DNA of 29,251 bases from a virus (Duplodnaviria > Caudoviricetes): positions 1 through 29,251 of IMG/VR virus record IMGVR_UViG_3300025637_000046; one strand, given 5' to 3'. This document shows, piece by piece, positions 1 to 9,718 of this stretch (positions are counted from its first letter, which is position 1; each line of letters starts with the position of its first letter). The position numbers and the translations under genes are program-made. Under the pieces are notes generated by a model. That model saw only the letters and a program-made list of their open reading frames with translations. It did not search any database and was not told where the DNA came from.

Positions 1-27
1 TATTAAGATAAATTGTTTGTTAATTAT

Positions 28-57
28 GGAGTCACTTCGAGAGAGGTGGCTTTTTTT
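28..57 (+). terminator. Rho-independent terminator
   Basis: GGAGTCACTTC-GAGA-GAGGTGGCTTT stem (with G-U pairs, GNRA loop) running into a T7 tract. Confidence 0.85.
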
Positions 58-62
58 GTTAT

Positions 63-78
63 ACTGTTTTTAAATAAA
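63..78 (+). promoter_or_regulatory. Putative phage late promoter motif, copy 1
   Basis: ACTGTTTTTAAATAAA, 11 nt before the ATG at 90, directly after a terminator. Confidence 0.75.
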
Positions 79-89
79 ACCTTTAAATA

Positions 90-737
90 ATGACTATAAG
101 TGTACCAACTAACATAAATGACATAACTCTAAGTGAGTTTCAGAAGTTTGATAAGATAAATATAGAGAATCAGGATAGTGACTTCTTATTACATAAGACT
201 ATAGAGATATTCTGTGGTGTAGACATTAACTTAGTTAGTAAGTTTCCTTTAAAGGACGCAGAAGATATAGAGAGCCAAATAGCAGGAGTATTGTCACAGG
301 AGACACCTCATACTACTCAGTTTGAGTTAGAGGGTGTTAAATACGGTTTTATACCTGACTTATCTCAAATGTCACTAGGAGAGTACATTGACTTAGAAGA
401 GGCTTTAAAAGAGACTAAGTCTTTTCATAAAGCTATGTCTGTTATGTATAGACCAATAGTAAAGAGCTTCAGTAACCTCTACACAGTAGAGACTTATGAC
501 GCTTCAGTAGAACGGCAGGAGATAATGAAATCAGCACCTTTAGGAATCGCTTCATCTGCGGTGGTTTTTTTTTATCATATCGTAAAAGAGTTACTTCAGG
601 CTTCCCAGCACTATTCACAGTCGACAATAACGGAGAGTCTGACTACTCTAGAGAGGCACAGTTCTCCAAAAAATACGGATGGTTTAACAGCCTCTATGCA
701 CTTTCTAAGGGTAGTGTCACAAAATTTAAAGCAGTAA
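90..737 (+). CDS. Tail assembly chaperone (0-frame product, gpG-like)
   Basis: 215 aa ORF at the head of the tail operon; contains a T9 slippery run at 565-573 (AVVFF). Confidence 0.65.
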   Translation: MTISVPTNINDITLSEFQKFDKINIENQDSDFLLHKTIEIFCGVDINLVSKFPLKDAEDIESQIAGVLSQETPHTTQFELEGVKYGFIPDLSQMSLGEYIDLEEALKETKSFHKAMSVMYRPIVKSFSNLYTVETYDASVERQEIMKSAPLGIASSAVVFFYHIVKELLQASQHYSQSTITESLTTLERHSSPKNTDGLTASMHFLRVVSQNLKQ

Positions 738-829
738 CAGAGGTAAATCATTTAGAAGCTCTAATGTACTTAGAGTTTGAAAAAGAAAAAGCAGAGATAG
801 AAAGATTACAATATAGAAAAAAAAGATAA
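90..829 (+). CDS. Tail assembly chaperone, -1 frameshift product (gpGT-like, ~246 aa)
   Basis: -1 frame is open 500-826 with no ATG until 764. It reads LSYRKRVTSGFPALF...FSKKYGWFNSLYALSKG...LMYLEFEKEKAEIERLQYRKKR and stops at 827-829, 1 nt before the next ATG. Confidence 0.7.
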
Positions 830-830
830 T

Positions 831-1292
831 ATGAATAACTTATTTAAACTTACAGACGCAATTAAAACAGAATTAGAAGGCAATGTACTTCTTAACTCTG
901 TTACTATGGGTGATTTATTTGACATAGATTTACTAAAGAAAAATACTTTCCCAATGGCTCACGTTGTAATGACTACAGCTAATATGTCTGCAGAGTCTGG
1001 AATGGCTTCTGTTAATATGAGTGTATTACTATTAGATATGGTAGATGAGTCTAAAGAGGCTCAGACAGACCAATACTACGGTAATGATAACGAGCACTAT
1101 ATTAAGAATAGTATGTTTGCTGTAGCTACTAAATTAGTCTCAGCTCTTACTAGAGGTCAGATGCATTCAGATGGTTATCAATTAGAGGAAGATGTAAATA
1201 TAGAGTTCTTTAGTGAGAGATTTGAAGACAAATTAGCAGGAGTAGGATTAGACTTTTCAGTAGCTATTAGAAACACTATGGATATATGTTAA
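831..1292 (+). CDS. Putative tail terminator/completion protein
   Basis: 153 aa acidic protein with FPMAHV motif; size and position fit a tail terminator. Confidence 0.5.
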   Translation: MNNLFKLTDAIKTELEGNVLLNSVTMGDLFDIDLLKKNTFPMAHVVMTTANMSAESGMASVNMSVLLLDMVDESKEAQTDQYYGNDNEHYIKNSMFAVATKLVSALTRGQMHSDGYQLEEDVNIEFFSERFEDKLAGVGLDFSVAIRNTMDIC

Positions 1293-1858
1293 GAATAACG
1301 AGTCAATATACTAGAGCTTATCAGGTTCTAGATAAGTTTAAGAGGTATGTAGTTCAACAATCTAAGAGTAATCTTACGAAAGGAAACCACAATGCTTCGA
1401 GTGCTTTATATGGCTCTATTAAAGGTTATATTAATAAGAGACAAAAAAGAAGCTTAGCAGGTAAATTCACAGGAGGCTCTAGTATGCCTCAGTTGTCTTT
1501 TGAAATGAATGCTTATGGTGAGTTCTTAGATAAAGGAGTAAAGGGTAGTAAATCTAATTATATAAAGAATAGAAATACACCTTATAAGTTTGGTAGAAAT
1601 GGAGACAAGAAAAGTGTACCTGTAGAGCCTATTCGTAAATGGGTACAATCTAAAGGTTTAGACGCTGGTAGTGAGTATGCTATAGCAAAGTCTATTTATC
1701 AAAAAGGTATAGAGAAGACAGCTTTCTTTAGTAAGCCATTCGATAAACGTTTTAATACTACTATGAACCTCTACCATAGAGCAATAGCAGACGATATAGC
1801 TAATAATATAGCTAACCAAATAGCAAAGAAATTAAGAAACAAAAATAAATTAAAATAA
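1286..1858 (+). CDS. Putative neck/tail completion protein (HK97 gp10-like)
   Basis: Basic 190 aa protein; SALYGSI, YGEFLDKG, IRKWV, IAKSIYQKGI..FF.KPF motifs typical of this class. Confidence 0.5.
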   Translation: MLRITSQYTRAYQVLDKFKRYVVQQSKSNLTKGNHNASSALYGSIKGYINKRQKRSLAGKFTGGSSMPQLSFEMNAYGEFLDKGVKGSKSNYIKNRNTPYKFGRNGDKKSVPVEPIRKWVQSKGLDAGSEYAIAKSIYQKGIEKTAFFSKPFDKRFNTTMNLYHRAIADDIANNIANQIAKKLRNKNKLK

Positions 1859-1859
1859 G

Positions 1860-3308
1860 ATGCCAAATTATAGAAACATTAATGTAAGAAGTCCTTTTTT
1901 TACTCAGAAAGCTACTACAGGCTCTGTAGTTAACTGTGAGATTAGACTATGGAAGGGTGACGTAGTGACAGATTTACCTACAAATTATACTTACTTACTA
2001 TCTAAAGAACCTACTGCAGGAAAGTCTACTTTTGAGGTAGCTGAATTAGCTAGAGATTTCTTATCTCATAACACAGATTTAAGCTCAGGTTTTGCTTGGA
2101 TGCAAATAATACTAAAAGATACAATAGTAGCAGATGACACTTTTACTTATTTAGTATCTGAAGGTTACTCTTTAAGTACTGAAGGCTTACAGTCTAGTAA
2201 TGTAAATAACTTAATACCTAGTATAGATTTGCAAAATGATTGGTATCAGAGCACAATAACTACAACTAGTGGAGTAACTTCACCTATAGGCGATACCTCA
2301 GCATATAATATATTAACTCAATCTGGTGGCGGATATATTTCTAATAATTCTATTCAAAATATAACAGAAGGTAGTGACATTACTTTCTCTGTATATCTTA
2401 AGGGAAGTGGGGTAATAAAATTACTAGTTCAGGAAAATGGTGGGGATTACTCTTCTTACTTTTTTAGAGACATAACTTTATCTGGTACTTGGGTTAGATA
2501 TGAAGTTTCAGGAACTACCTTAGTAGATGGAAACTCTCCGAGAATAGTAATGATTTCACAAAGTATTATTAACGCTGACGTTTGGACACCTTTATTGACT
2601 AATAGCGAAGACGCTATCTCTTATGACTTCGTAGGATTACCTACAGCTACAATAAATGGCTTAGCAAACTCTTCTAGAATTATGGTTGCAGACGGTGGTA
2701 CTAATTCTATACCTTATTTTTCAAACTCTGACGGCTCAATTTATACTGTAGACGATGGTATATCCGTTATTATTCCAGCTACTACTACAAGTACTACTAT
2801 GGTTAAGGCTAAATTAGTAGATGCCAATGATACAACAATAGATTTTGATTTCAATGGAGACAGTAGAAGGGTTTTTGTAGATGTTTTAAGATGCTCTAAG
2901 TTTGATGCTGTAAATTTACTTTACGTTAATAAATTCGGTTTTAAAACTAAGTTTCCTTTTATACTTAAATCAACTGAGAAAATAAGTGTAGAGTCTGACT
3001 CATTTAGCAGGTCTACTGTAGATTATGGAGCATTGACATTAAACACATCGTCACATAGCTCAAGAAAGCGTATAAAGGACACTAAGCAAGCTTTTGTACT
3101 TAACTCAGATTGGATAGCAGAATACTACGTTAGTCAATTTGAAGAGCTAATGTTAAGCGAATACGTATGGCTAGAGAAAGGCTCTTTAACTTTACCTGTT
3201 AACATAACTACATCTAAATTAGATAAGAAAACACATATAAACGATAAACTTATAAACTACTCTATTGAAGTAGAAACAGCTTCTAACTATATTAACACAA
3301 TTAGATAA
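1860..3308 (+). CDS. Putative distal tail/baseplate protein with an inserted carbohydrate-binding-like domain
   Basis: C-terminal YVNKFG...LNSDWI.E...ELMLSEYVW motifs of Bacteroidota phage tail proteins; internal TFSVYLKG...WVRY beta-sandwich. Confidence 0.5.
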   Translation: MPNYRNINVRSPFFTQKATTGSVVNCEIRLWKGDVVTDLPTNYTYLLSKEPTAGKSTFEVAELARDFLSHNTDLSSGFAWMQIILKDTIVADDTFTYLVSEGYSLSTEGLQSSNVNNLIPSIDLQNDWYQSTITTTSGVTSPIGDTSAYNILTQSGGGYISNNSIQNITEGSDITFSVYLKGSGVIKLLVQENGGDYSSYFFRDITLSGTWVRYEVSGTTLVDGNSPRIVMISQSIINADVWTPLLTNSEDAISYDFVGLPTATINGLANSSRIMVADGGTNSIPYFSNSDGSIYTVDDGISVIIPATTTSTTMVKAKLVDANDTTIDFDFNGDSRRVFVDVLRCSKFDAVNLLYVNKFGFKTKFPFILKSTEKISVESDSFSRSTVDYGALTLNTSSHSSRKRIKDTKQAFVLNSDWIAEYYVSQFEELMLSEYVWLEKGSLTLPVNITTSKLDKKTHINDKLINYSIEVETASNYINTIR

Positions 3309-5576
3309 ATGAAAATACCTATCCAAATATTACTATCTGTAGACGACTCTTTAGGACAGCCTCCTATCTTAGATATGTTTAAAGATGAGTCAATAACTAT
3401 AAAGAAGATGGTAAAGGACTTAAATGACCCTAAGAAGTTGTTTACGTCTTTATCTAGAAGCTTTAGTATTCCAGCATCTAAAAAGAATAACATTATATTT
3501 AAACACTATTACAATATTGATATAATTAATGGACTAGACTCTAGAGAATTAATACCTTGCAAGATACTTATTAATAACGTTACTCAAGAAGTTGGAAACT
3601 TATCTATTGAAGGTGTTAAAATGTCTAATGGTAAGGCTATGTCTTATAATGTAAGGTATATAGGTAAATTAAGTGAATTATCACGTAAAATAGGACAAGA
3701 TAAACTATCTACACTAGATTTTTCTAGTAGTAATATATCTACTTTCTCTGCTGTTACTCATTTCTCAGATAATACAGTAAGAGATTTAGTATTTCCTTTA
3801 GCTTCTAGGTCTAAAAGGATGCTTTATGATTTAACTAATAAAGATATAAATATAGAAGGAGCTAAAAACATAAGCTTTAGAGACTATACAGCTATATCAG
3901 GAGACAAATACGGAGTTACTGACCAAGATTTAATAGGAGCTCTTAAAGTAGGTACTATATTAGATAATATAGCTTCAGCTTACAGTATTTCTTTTAGTGG
4001 TGTATTTGATGAGACATATGTCAGGGATTTATATTTATGGCTACATAAAACAGATAAGGAGAGAGCAGGAGAGAAGCAAGATGCTTTGTCTACTGATATA
4101 GCTTTCTCTAGTGGTAATACTAATAGTTTTAATTCAACTATAGTATATAACGACTACATAAAATTTTTTGCAAATTCCTATCCTAAAAGAGATTTAGGGG
4201 TAAAGATACAAGGTAATTGGACAGGTGAAGCAACAGTATTTGTTAAATTTAACGGAGCAATAGTACGTCAAATAGATACTTCAGGAAGTAGTACTGCTTA
4301 TTATTATATGAGGAATACATCAGGTAATTTAACTTTTAGTGCTGAAAGTGACTCTAGTATTACAATTAATTTGAATATTACAGTAGCAGAAATACCCGCT
4401 GACCTATCTATAAGCGGAATAGCTAAATTATATACATCGACTATTAATACAGGTAATGCAGGACATTATCAAGTAGTTAATAACTTACCAACTATGAAGA
4501 TATTAGACTTCTTATCTTCTTTGTTTAAGATGTTCAATATTGTTGCTGAGGTAGATGAGGCTTTAAATATAAAAACAACTCATTTCGACCATTTTATGTC
4601 TAATGGAGTTTCTAGAGACATCTCAGAGTATGTAGATACGTCATCTTATAACGTAAATAGACCTAATGTATTCTCTTCTATGAGGTTTAAATTTGCAGAC
4701 CCTAAGGTAGCAATGGAGATAGGATACGAGAAAGTAAATGGTAAACAATACGGTGAATTAGAATACGATTTAATAGGACAAACAGGAGTAAAGTTATCAG
4801 GCAACGAATACACCTTAGATATACCTAATCAAAGAGTACCTTTAGAGCCTTTACTTGACTTAAGTTACGTTAGTTCAGGTTTTCCTGTAGTGTTTTTTCC
4901 TTTAGTATATAGTCAGTTTTCAGATTTAAAAGGAGCAGAGCAACAAACTAAACCGATGTTTACTTATATTGCTAAAAACTATCCGTCTAATCCCTTATCT
5001 TATGACACAGGAGGTACTATTACTAGAGTTACAGAATATATAACACCATCTAATGTCTTTACTGATGACTTTGAGCCTTCAGATATTCCTGCTACAGGAT
5101 TATTAGGTTTGTATTTTGGAGAAGAGTTAAACGAGTACAACGCTATAGATAGTACTGTAGGTTTGGGATTATTTAACAACTTCTATAAGGGGCTTACTGC
5201 TATGATGTTTGACGAAGATAAAAGAAGTGTAGTATTTAAGTCTTTCTTACCTAGTTCTTTAGTTAAGCAGATAACTTTGTCAGATACTTTAACTATAAAC
5301 AACTCTTTTTACTCTATAAATTCTATAGAGACTAATTACTTAAATGGAGAGTCTAAATTAGACTTAACTTTAGTCGGTATGAGTAAGTTGAGTTATTTTA
5401 CTAAGAAAACTATTAGAGTAACTAATACAGGAGCAGTAGACTTAAGGATAACTTACTTAAACCAAAGCGGAGTCTTAGAAGAGGCGACTATCCTGATAGG
5501 CAACTTCTCAGACATTGCTTTAGTGGGGGAAATATCTTCTTTTAGTAATTCTGAATATACTTTAGTAGAGATATAG
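3309..5576 (+). CDS. Putative tail hub/tail tip protein
   Basis: 755 aa; LDMFKDESI..SRSFSIPASKKNN N-terminus, DFLSSLFKMFN and YSINSIETNYLNGES motifs; lies just before the tape measure gene. Confidence 0.55.
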   Translation: MKIPIQILLSVDDSLGQPPILDMFKDESITIKKMVKDLNDPKKLFTSLSRSFSIPASKKNNIIFKHYYNIDIINGLDSRELIPCKILINNVTQEVGNLSIEGVKMSNGKAMSYNVRYIGKLSELSRKIGQDKLSTLDFSSSNISTFSAVTHFSDNTVRDLVFPLASRSKRMLYDLTNKDINIEGAKNISFRDYTAISGDKYGVTDQDLIGALKVGTILDNIASAYSISFSGVFDETYVRDLYLWLHKTDKERAGEKQDALSTDIAFSSGNTNSFNSTIVYNDYIKFFANSYPKRDLGVKIQGNWTGEATVFVKFNGAIVRQIDTSGSSTAYYYMRNTSGNLTFSAESDSSITINLNITVAEIPADLSISGIAKLYTSTINTGNAGHYQVVNNLPTMKILDFLSSLFKMFNIVAEVDEALNIKTTHFDHFMSNGVSRDISEYVDTSSYNVNRPNVFSSMRFKFADPKVAMEIGYEKVNGKQYGELEYDLIGQTGVKLSGNEYTLDIPNQRVPLEPLLDLSYVSSGFPVVFFPLVYSQFSDLKGAEQQTKPMFTYIAKNYPSNPLSYDTGGTITRVTEYITPSNVFTDDFEPSDIPATGLLGLYFGEELNEYNAIDSTVGLGLFNNFYKGLTAMMFDEDKRSVVFKSFLPSSLVKQITLSDTLTINNSFYSINSIETNYLNGESKLDLTLVGMSKLSYFTKKTIRVTNTGAVDLRITYLNQSGVLEEATILIGNFSDIALVGEISSFSNSEYTLVEI

Positions 5577-5661
5577 GTAAAGATACACTTCTAAGATGAT
5601 TGAGTCAATACATAGTTTTATGTAGTTATCAACAATAGCAAGACCACCTAACAAGGTTTAT

Positions 5662-5677
5662 AGTATTTTTAAATAAA
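5662..5677 (+). promoter_or_regulatory. Putative late promoter motif, copy 2 (variant)
   Basis: AGTATTTTTAAATAAA (14/16 match), 8 nt before the ATG at 5686. Confidence 0.6.
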
Positions 5678-5685
5678 GATATACA

Positions 5686-5826
5686 ATGATTAAAATAATG
5701 CTTTACTTAATGGACACCTTAGACTATACGTCTCCAGAATTAGACATTGCTAGAGGCTTAAATAAATATCCTGAGAATTGGAAAGAATTTAAGAGATATA
5801 TAAAGTTTAAAATAAGACAAAAATAA
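5686..5826 (+). CDS. Small hypothetical protein (46 aa), not in the ORF track
   Basis: MIKIMLYLMDTLDYTSPELDIARGLNKYPENWKEFKRYIKFKIRQK; follows the motif and stops 1 nt before the tape measure ATG. Confidence 0.7.
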   Translation: MIKIMLYLMDTLDYTSPELDIARGLNKYPENWKEFKRYIKFKIRQK

Positions 5827-5827
5827 G

Positions 5828-8242
5828 ATGAAAGAAAAACGGAATGTACATATTAATGTAACATCAAATGTAGCTACTTCAATGAATAAAGGTACTGTAG
5901 CCTCTACAGGTTTAAGTACTTCTCTTAAAGGTGTTGCTACTTCAGCTAATTTAGCTACAGGAGGTATCAAAGCTATGGCTATGGCTCTAATATCTTCAGG
6001 AGTTGGAGCTTTTGTAGTAGCTATAGGTGCTTTAGCTGGTGGTTTTATGGGTTTAATAAACCAATCTAGAGACTTTGCTCAGCAAATGAGTAATTTAAAA
6101 GCTGTTTTAGGAGATGGTGCTACACCAGAGGCAATAGACGCTTTAAGTCAATCAGCTAAGAGATTAGGAGCAACTACAGCCTTTACTGCTACTCAAGTAG
6201 GAGAGTTACAAGTGGAATTAGCAAAAATGGGTTTTGACTCAGACCAAATATTAGCCTCTTCTAATGCTGTTTTAGCTTTAGCGGCCGCTTCAGGTACTGA
6301 CTTAGCAAATGCGGCATCAATTGCGGCAGGTACTCTTAGGGGATTTAATTTGACCGCTTCAGATACTATGAGAGTGGCTGACGTTATGGCTAAATCTTTT
6401 GCAAGTTCATCTCTAGACATAACTAAGTTTCAAGAGTCTATGAAACAAGTTGCACCTATTGCGTCTACTGTAGGGGTATCTATAGAACAAGCTTCAGCAT
6501 CTTTAGCTGTCTTAGCAAATAGAGGTATATCAGGTTCTTTAGCAGGTAATCAATTAAAAAGGATTATGTCTGACTTAGCTCAGAAAACAGGTAAATCTTA
6601 TAGAGAAAGTTTAACGTTAACATCAAAAAGATTAGCAAATGCTACATCTTCTGCAGAAAAATTAGCAATAGCAAAAGAATTAGTAGGAGACAGGGCAAAA
6701 GGTTCCTTAATAGCTTTAGCTGAGAATACAGATGAGTTAGATAAACTTAAAACAGCCTTTGATAATGCAGGGGGTTCTGTTGAGAAGATGGCAGAAGATA
6801 AGTTAGATAACTTAAACGGTGATTTAACTAAACTTAGTTCAGCTTGGAGTGGTTTTATGCTTAATCTAGAAGACGGTGGAGGTATTATGTCTACACTTGC
6901 TAGAGGTTCTATACAATTAGTTACATCTAGTATATCTTTTTTACAGAAAAAAGTAGACTTAGTAGGTTACTTTTTCACTCAGTTTGTTAATGATATGAAA
7001 AACGGAGGTACTCAGTTTAGTATTATAGGTCAAAATGTAATGATATTAGCTAAGGAATTTCAGCAGTTTGGTATAGATGCTAGATTAGCATTAAAAGATG
7101 TTCCTTTTTTTGGTGGTTTAGTAGACGAAGAGTCTTTATTAGCACAAAGAGCTCAGTTATCAAATGAAATAGGACACGCAAAAGAGCAAATATTAGAACT
7201 TAAAAACACTCAATTAGCTAGAAATAACGACACCAATAAAGCTTATTCTGATATGTTACTTAGACAAGTAGACATACAAAAGAAAGCAGATACTAAACTT
7301 AAGAAGTTAGCTTCTACGTTTGTAGAGGATAAAACTAAGAAAGACGAAGAGGGTTTAGCTAAATTAATCGCAAATAGAGAGAAGTTTTTCTTAAAGCTTA
7401 AAACTATAGAGGAAAACGCAGAAGATAAGACAGAATTAGAGAAGATAGAGCGTAAAAGACTTAGACATATAGCTGAGTTAGAGTTACTTAAGCTAAATGA
7501 AACCGAAAAAGCTGAGGCTGTAATACGTATAAATGATTATTACGCAGGATTAACCGCTATAAAGGAGAAAGAAGATGCAGATAAGCTTAAAGAGAAAAAA
7601 ATAAAAGACAAAGAAGACTTAGACTTAGAAAGACAAGCTTTAAGAGACGCTGAAGAGTCTGACAGATTGGCAAAGATAGAGGGAATGTATGGTGTTTTAG
7701 ATACAGCTTCAGAAGTAGCAGGTAAAGAGACAGCAATAGCTAGAGCTTTACAAGCTATAAAATTAGCTATACAATTAAGTGAATTAGCTTCTAAGATGGG
7801 TATCATAAAGTCTGGCTTAATGGCTAGAGCTAAAGGTGCTCAAGTAGAGGCTAATATAGATGGTGCTAAAACAGGTACGGCTGTAGCTTCAGGTATGGCA
7901 GAGTCTTCTAAAGTAGGTTTCCCTTGGAATATCATTACTATGGCTTCTTATGCGTTACAGGCTGTTTCTTTAGTGAAAGCTTTTACAGGTAGTAAGAAAA
8001 AATTAAACAGTATAACTAGCTCTATAGGTGGTGGCTCAGGTGGTGGCGGAGGTGCTTCTCCTTCTCCTGTTAGTGCTCCTTCTTTTAATGTTATAGGTGC
8101 AACTTCTGCAGGTGAGAATATGATTGCAGACACAGTAGCAAGTACTAATAACAGAACTATGAGAGCTTATGTAGTGGAGAATGATGTATCTACTTCTCAA
8201 TCGCTTAGGAGAAACGCTTTGAATATGGCTTCAATTGACTAA
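5828..8242 (+). CDS. Tail tape measure protein
   Basis: 804 aa, Ala-rich and helical; TP901-type core (LGATTAFTATQV, LALAAASGTDLANAA, RVADVMA) followed by a charged coiled coil. Confidence 0.9.
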   Translation: MKEKRNVHINVTSNVATSMNKGTVASTGLSTSLKGVATSANLATGGIKAMAMALISSGVGAFVVAIGALAGGFMGLINQSRDFAQQMSNLKAVLGDGATPEAIDALSQSAKRLGATTAFTATQVGELQVELAKMGFDSDQILASSNAVLALAAASGTDLANAASIAAGTLRGFNLTASDTMRVADVMAKSFASSSLDITKFQESMKQVAPIASTVGVSIEQASASLAVLANRGISGSLAGNQLKRIMSDLAQKTGKSYRESLTLTSKRLANATSSAEKLAIAKELVGDRAKGSLIALAENTDELDKLKTAFDNAGGSVEKMAEDKLDNLNGDLTKLSSAWSGFMLNLEDGGGIMSTLARGSIQLVTSSISFLQKKVDLVGYFFTQFVNDMKNGGTQFSIIGQNVMILAKEFQQFGIDARLALKDVPFFGGLVDEESLLAQRAQLSNEIGHAKEQILELKNTQLARNNDTNKAYSDMLLRQVDIQKKADTKLKKLASTFVEDKTKKDEEGLAKLIANREKFFLKLKTIEENAEDKTELEKIERKRLRHIAELELLKLNETEKAEAVIRINDYYAGLTAIKEKEDADKLKEKKIKDKEDLDLERQALRDAEESDRLAKIEGMYGVLDTASEVAGKETAIARALQAIKLAIQLSELASKMGIIKSGLMARAKGAQVEANIDGAKTGTAVASGMAESSKVGFPWNIITMASYALQAVSLVKAFTGSKKKLNSITSSIGGGSGGGGGASPSPVSAPSFNVIGATSAGENMIADTVASTNNRTMRAYVVENDVSTSQSLRRNALNMASID

Positions 8243-8244
8243 TA

Positions 8245-8260
8245 ACTGTTTTTAAATAAA
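8245..8260 (+). promoter_or_regulatory. Putative late promoter motif, copy 3
   Basis: Exact ACTGTTTTTAAATAAA, 6 nt before the ATG at 8267. Confidence 0.75.
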
Positions 8261-8266
8261 GATAAA

Positions 8267-8881
8267 ATGAATTTAATAGAATTAATAATAGATGAAGCTA
8301 CAGAGATGTTCGGGGTACACGCTCTGAGTTTAGTTTCTAATCCTGCTATACAGTCAGACTTCATAGCTTTAGGAGACGAAAAACCAATCCTATTAGCTGA
8401 GGTTTCACCTGATAAACAAATCCTTATGGGTGCTGTTTTAATACCAGATAAGCCTATTTTCAGACAAGGTAGCAAAGGTCAAGAGGATTACTATGTTTTC
8501 TTTAGCGAAGACACAGTAGCTAAGACTGCTGAGATGTTTTTTAAGAGAGGTAATCAGTCAAATGCAACTCTAGAGCATAAAGATGTTTTAGACGGAATGA
8601 CGGTCTTTGAAAGCTGGATAGTAGAAGACCCTGAGATGGATAAATCTAAGAAATTTGGTTTAAATGTACCAAAAGGAACTTGGATGGTTTCAATGAAGGT
8701 AGACGATAAAGAAATTTGGGACAAATACGTAAAGAATGACAAAGTATTCGGTTTCTCTTTAGAAGGTAGATTCGCAGATATATTAGTAGCAGAGAATGTA
8801 GAACAGAATTTCTCAGACCAAATAGTAGACAACGCTTTAGAAAATATAAAAGAAATACTAATAAATCACTTTAAAGAATAA
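8267..8881 (+). CDS. Putative prohead serine protease (XkdF-like)
   Basis: ALSLVSNPAI, ATLEH, ESWIV, PKGTWMVSMKV, GFSLEG motifs. Confidence 0.75.
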   Translation: MNLIELIIDEATEMFGVHALSLVSNPAIQSDFIALGDEKPILLAEVSPDKQILMGAVLIPDKPIFRQGSKGQEDYYVFFSEDTVAKTAEMFFKRGNQSNATLEHKDVLDGMTVFESWIVEDPEMDKSKKFGLNVPKGTWMVSMKVDDKEIWDKYVKNDKVFGFSLEGRFADILVAENVEQNFSDQIVDNALENIKEILINHFKE

Positions 8882-8883
8882 TT

Positions 8884-9708
8884 ATGGCAGTAACACCTAG
8901 AACGGTAGTTGGAGTAAATGACGGTTCAAACTCATTTAATGACCAATCTACTAGCACAGCAATTAATAATAACTCAAGCAGAGAGAGAAAGGCTTCGTCT
9001 TCTGACGTTAGACCTGATGAGGTTACTACAGATGGCTTAGTAAATTTAACTCCTAATGTAGGTGAGCTAGTCTTTGATAAGACGACAAATGAAAACAAGT
9101 ATTGGAACGGTACTGAGTGGATTTCTATATTAAGCTCTGACTCAATAAATGAAAGCACTAACCTATATTCTCAAGGATATATTGGAATACTGTCTCCTTT
9201 CTATTTTGGTGGAGTAGCTACTTCTAGCGAAATAGTTATCGAGGAAGTTGATACTTGGATGGATGTTATTATGACAATAGACGCTAACGGAGTTTCAGAC
9301 CAAAGACCTGAAGATATGAAAACAGCTCAGGCTCAAGGTTTTTCAGGCACAGGAGCTCTAAATGACCCTATAGTATTTTTACTAGAAGGATTAGTAGAAA
9401 AGAGTTTTGCAACGTTAAGAACTTCTTTAAGCTTTACGCCTGACGAAGATGGAGGTAGATTAGATTCTAGATTATTTTTAGAGAGGCATACAGGAGCAGG
9501 AGCTGACTTTACTATTAATGCGGCAGGTTTAGCAATGGAGTCAGGAGCAGACGAAGATTATCCTCACTTAATAAGTACTCAGTTTTTCGTAGGTGATACT
9601 ATTGATACTAATGGAGTTGGTGATGCAGGAAAAGTAAGATTTCAAATAAAATCAGATGTAACAGGAACTATCTCTATGAATGAGATGGCTTTATTCATAC
9701 AAAAATAA
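8884..9708 (+). CDS. Putative virion fibre/decoration protein
   Basis: GELVFDKTTNENKYWNGTEW fibre-type motif followed by an acidic beta-rich domain. Confidence 0.45.
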   Translation: MAVTPRTVVGVNDGSNSFNDQSTSTAINNNSSRERKASSSDVRPDEVTTDGLVNLTPNVGELVFDKTTNENKYWNGTEWISILSSDSINESTNLYSQGYIGILSPFYFGGVATSSEIVIEEVDTWMDVIMTIDANGVSDQRPEDMKTAQAQGFSGTGALNDPIVFLLEGLVEKSFATLRTSLSFTPDEDGGRLDSRLFLERHTGAGADFTINAAGLAMESGADEDYPHLISTQFFVGDTIDTNGVGDAGKVRFQIKSDVTGTISMNEMALFIQK

Positions 9709-9718
9709 AAAATAAAAA

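Noticed and set aside
1-27. Possible 3' end of an upstream gene such as the terminase large subunit
   Set aside because: Only a few codons are visible, so it cannot be supported
6270-6360. Locally GC-richer patch with GCGGCCGC in the tape measure gene
   Set aside because: Explained by an Ala-rich coding stretch; no sign of an insertion
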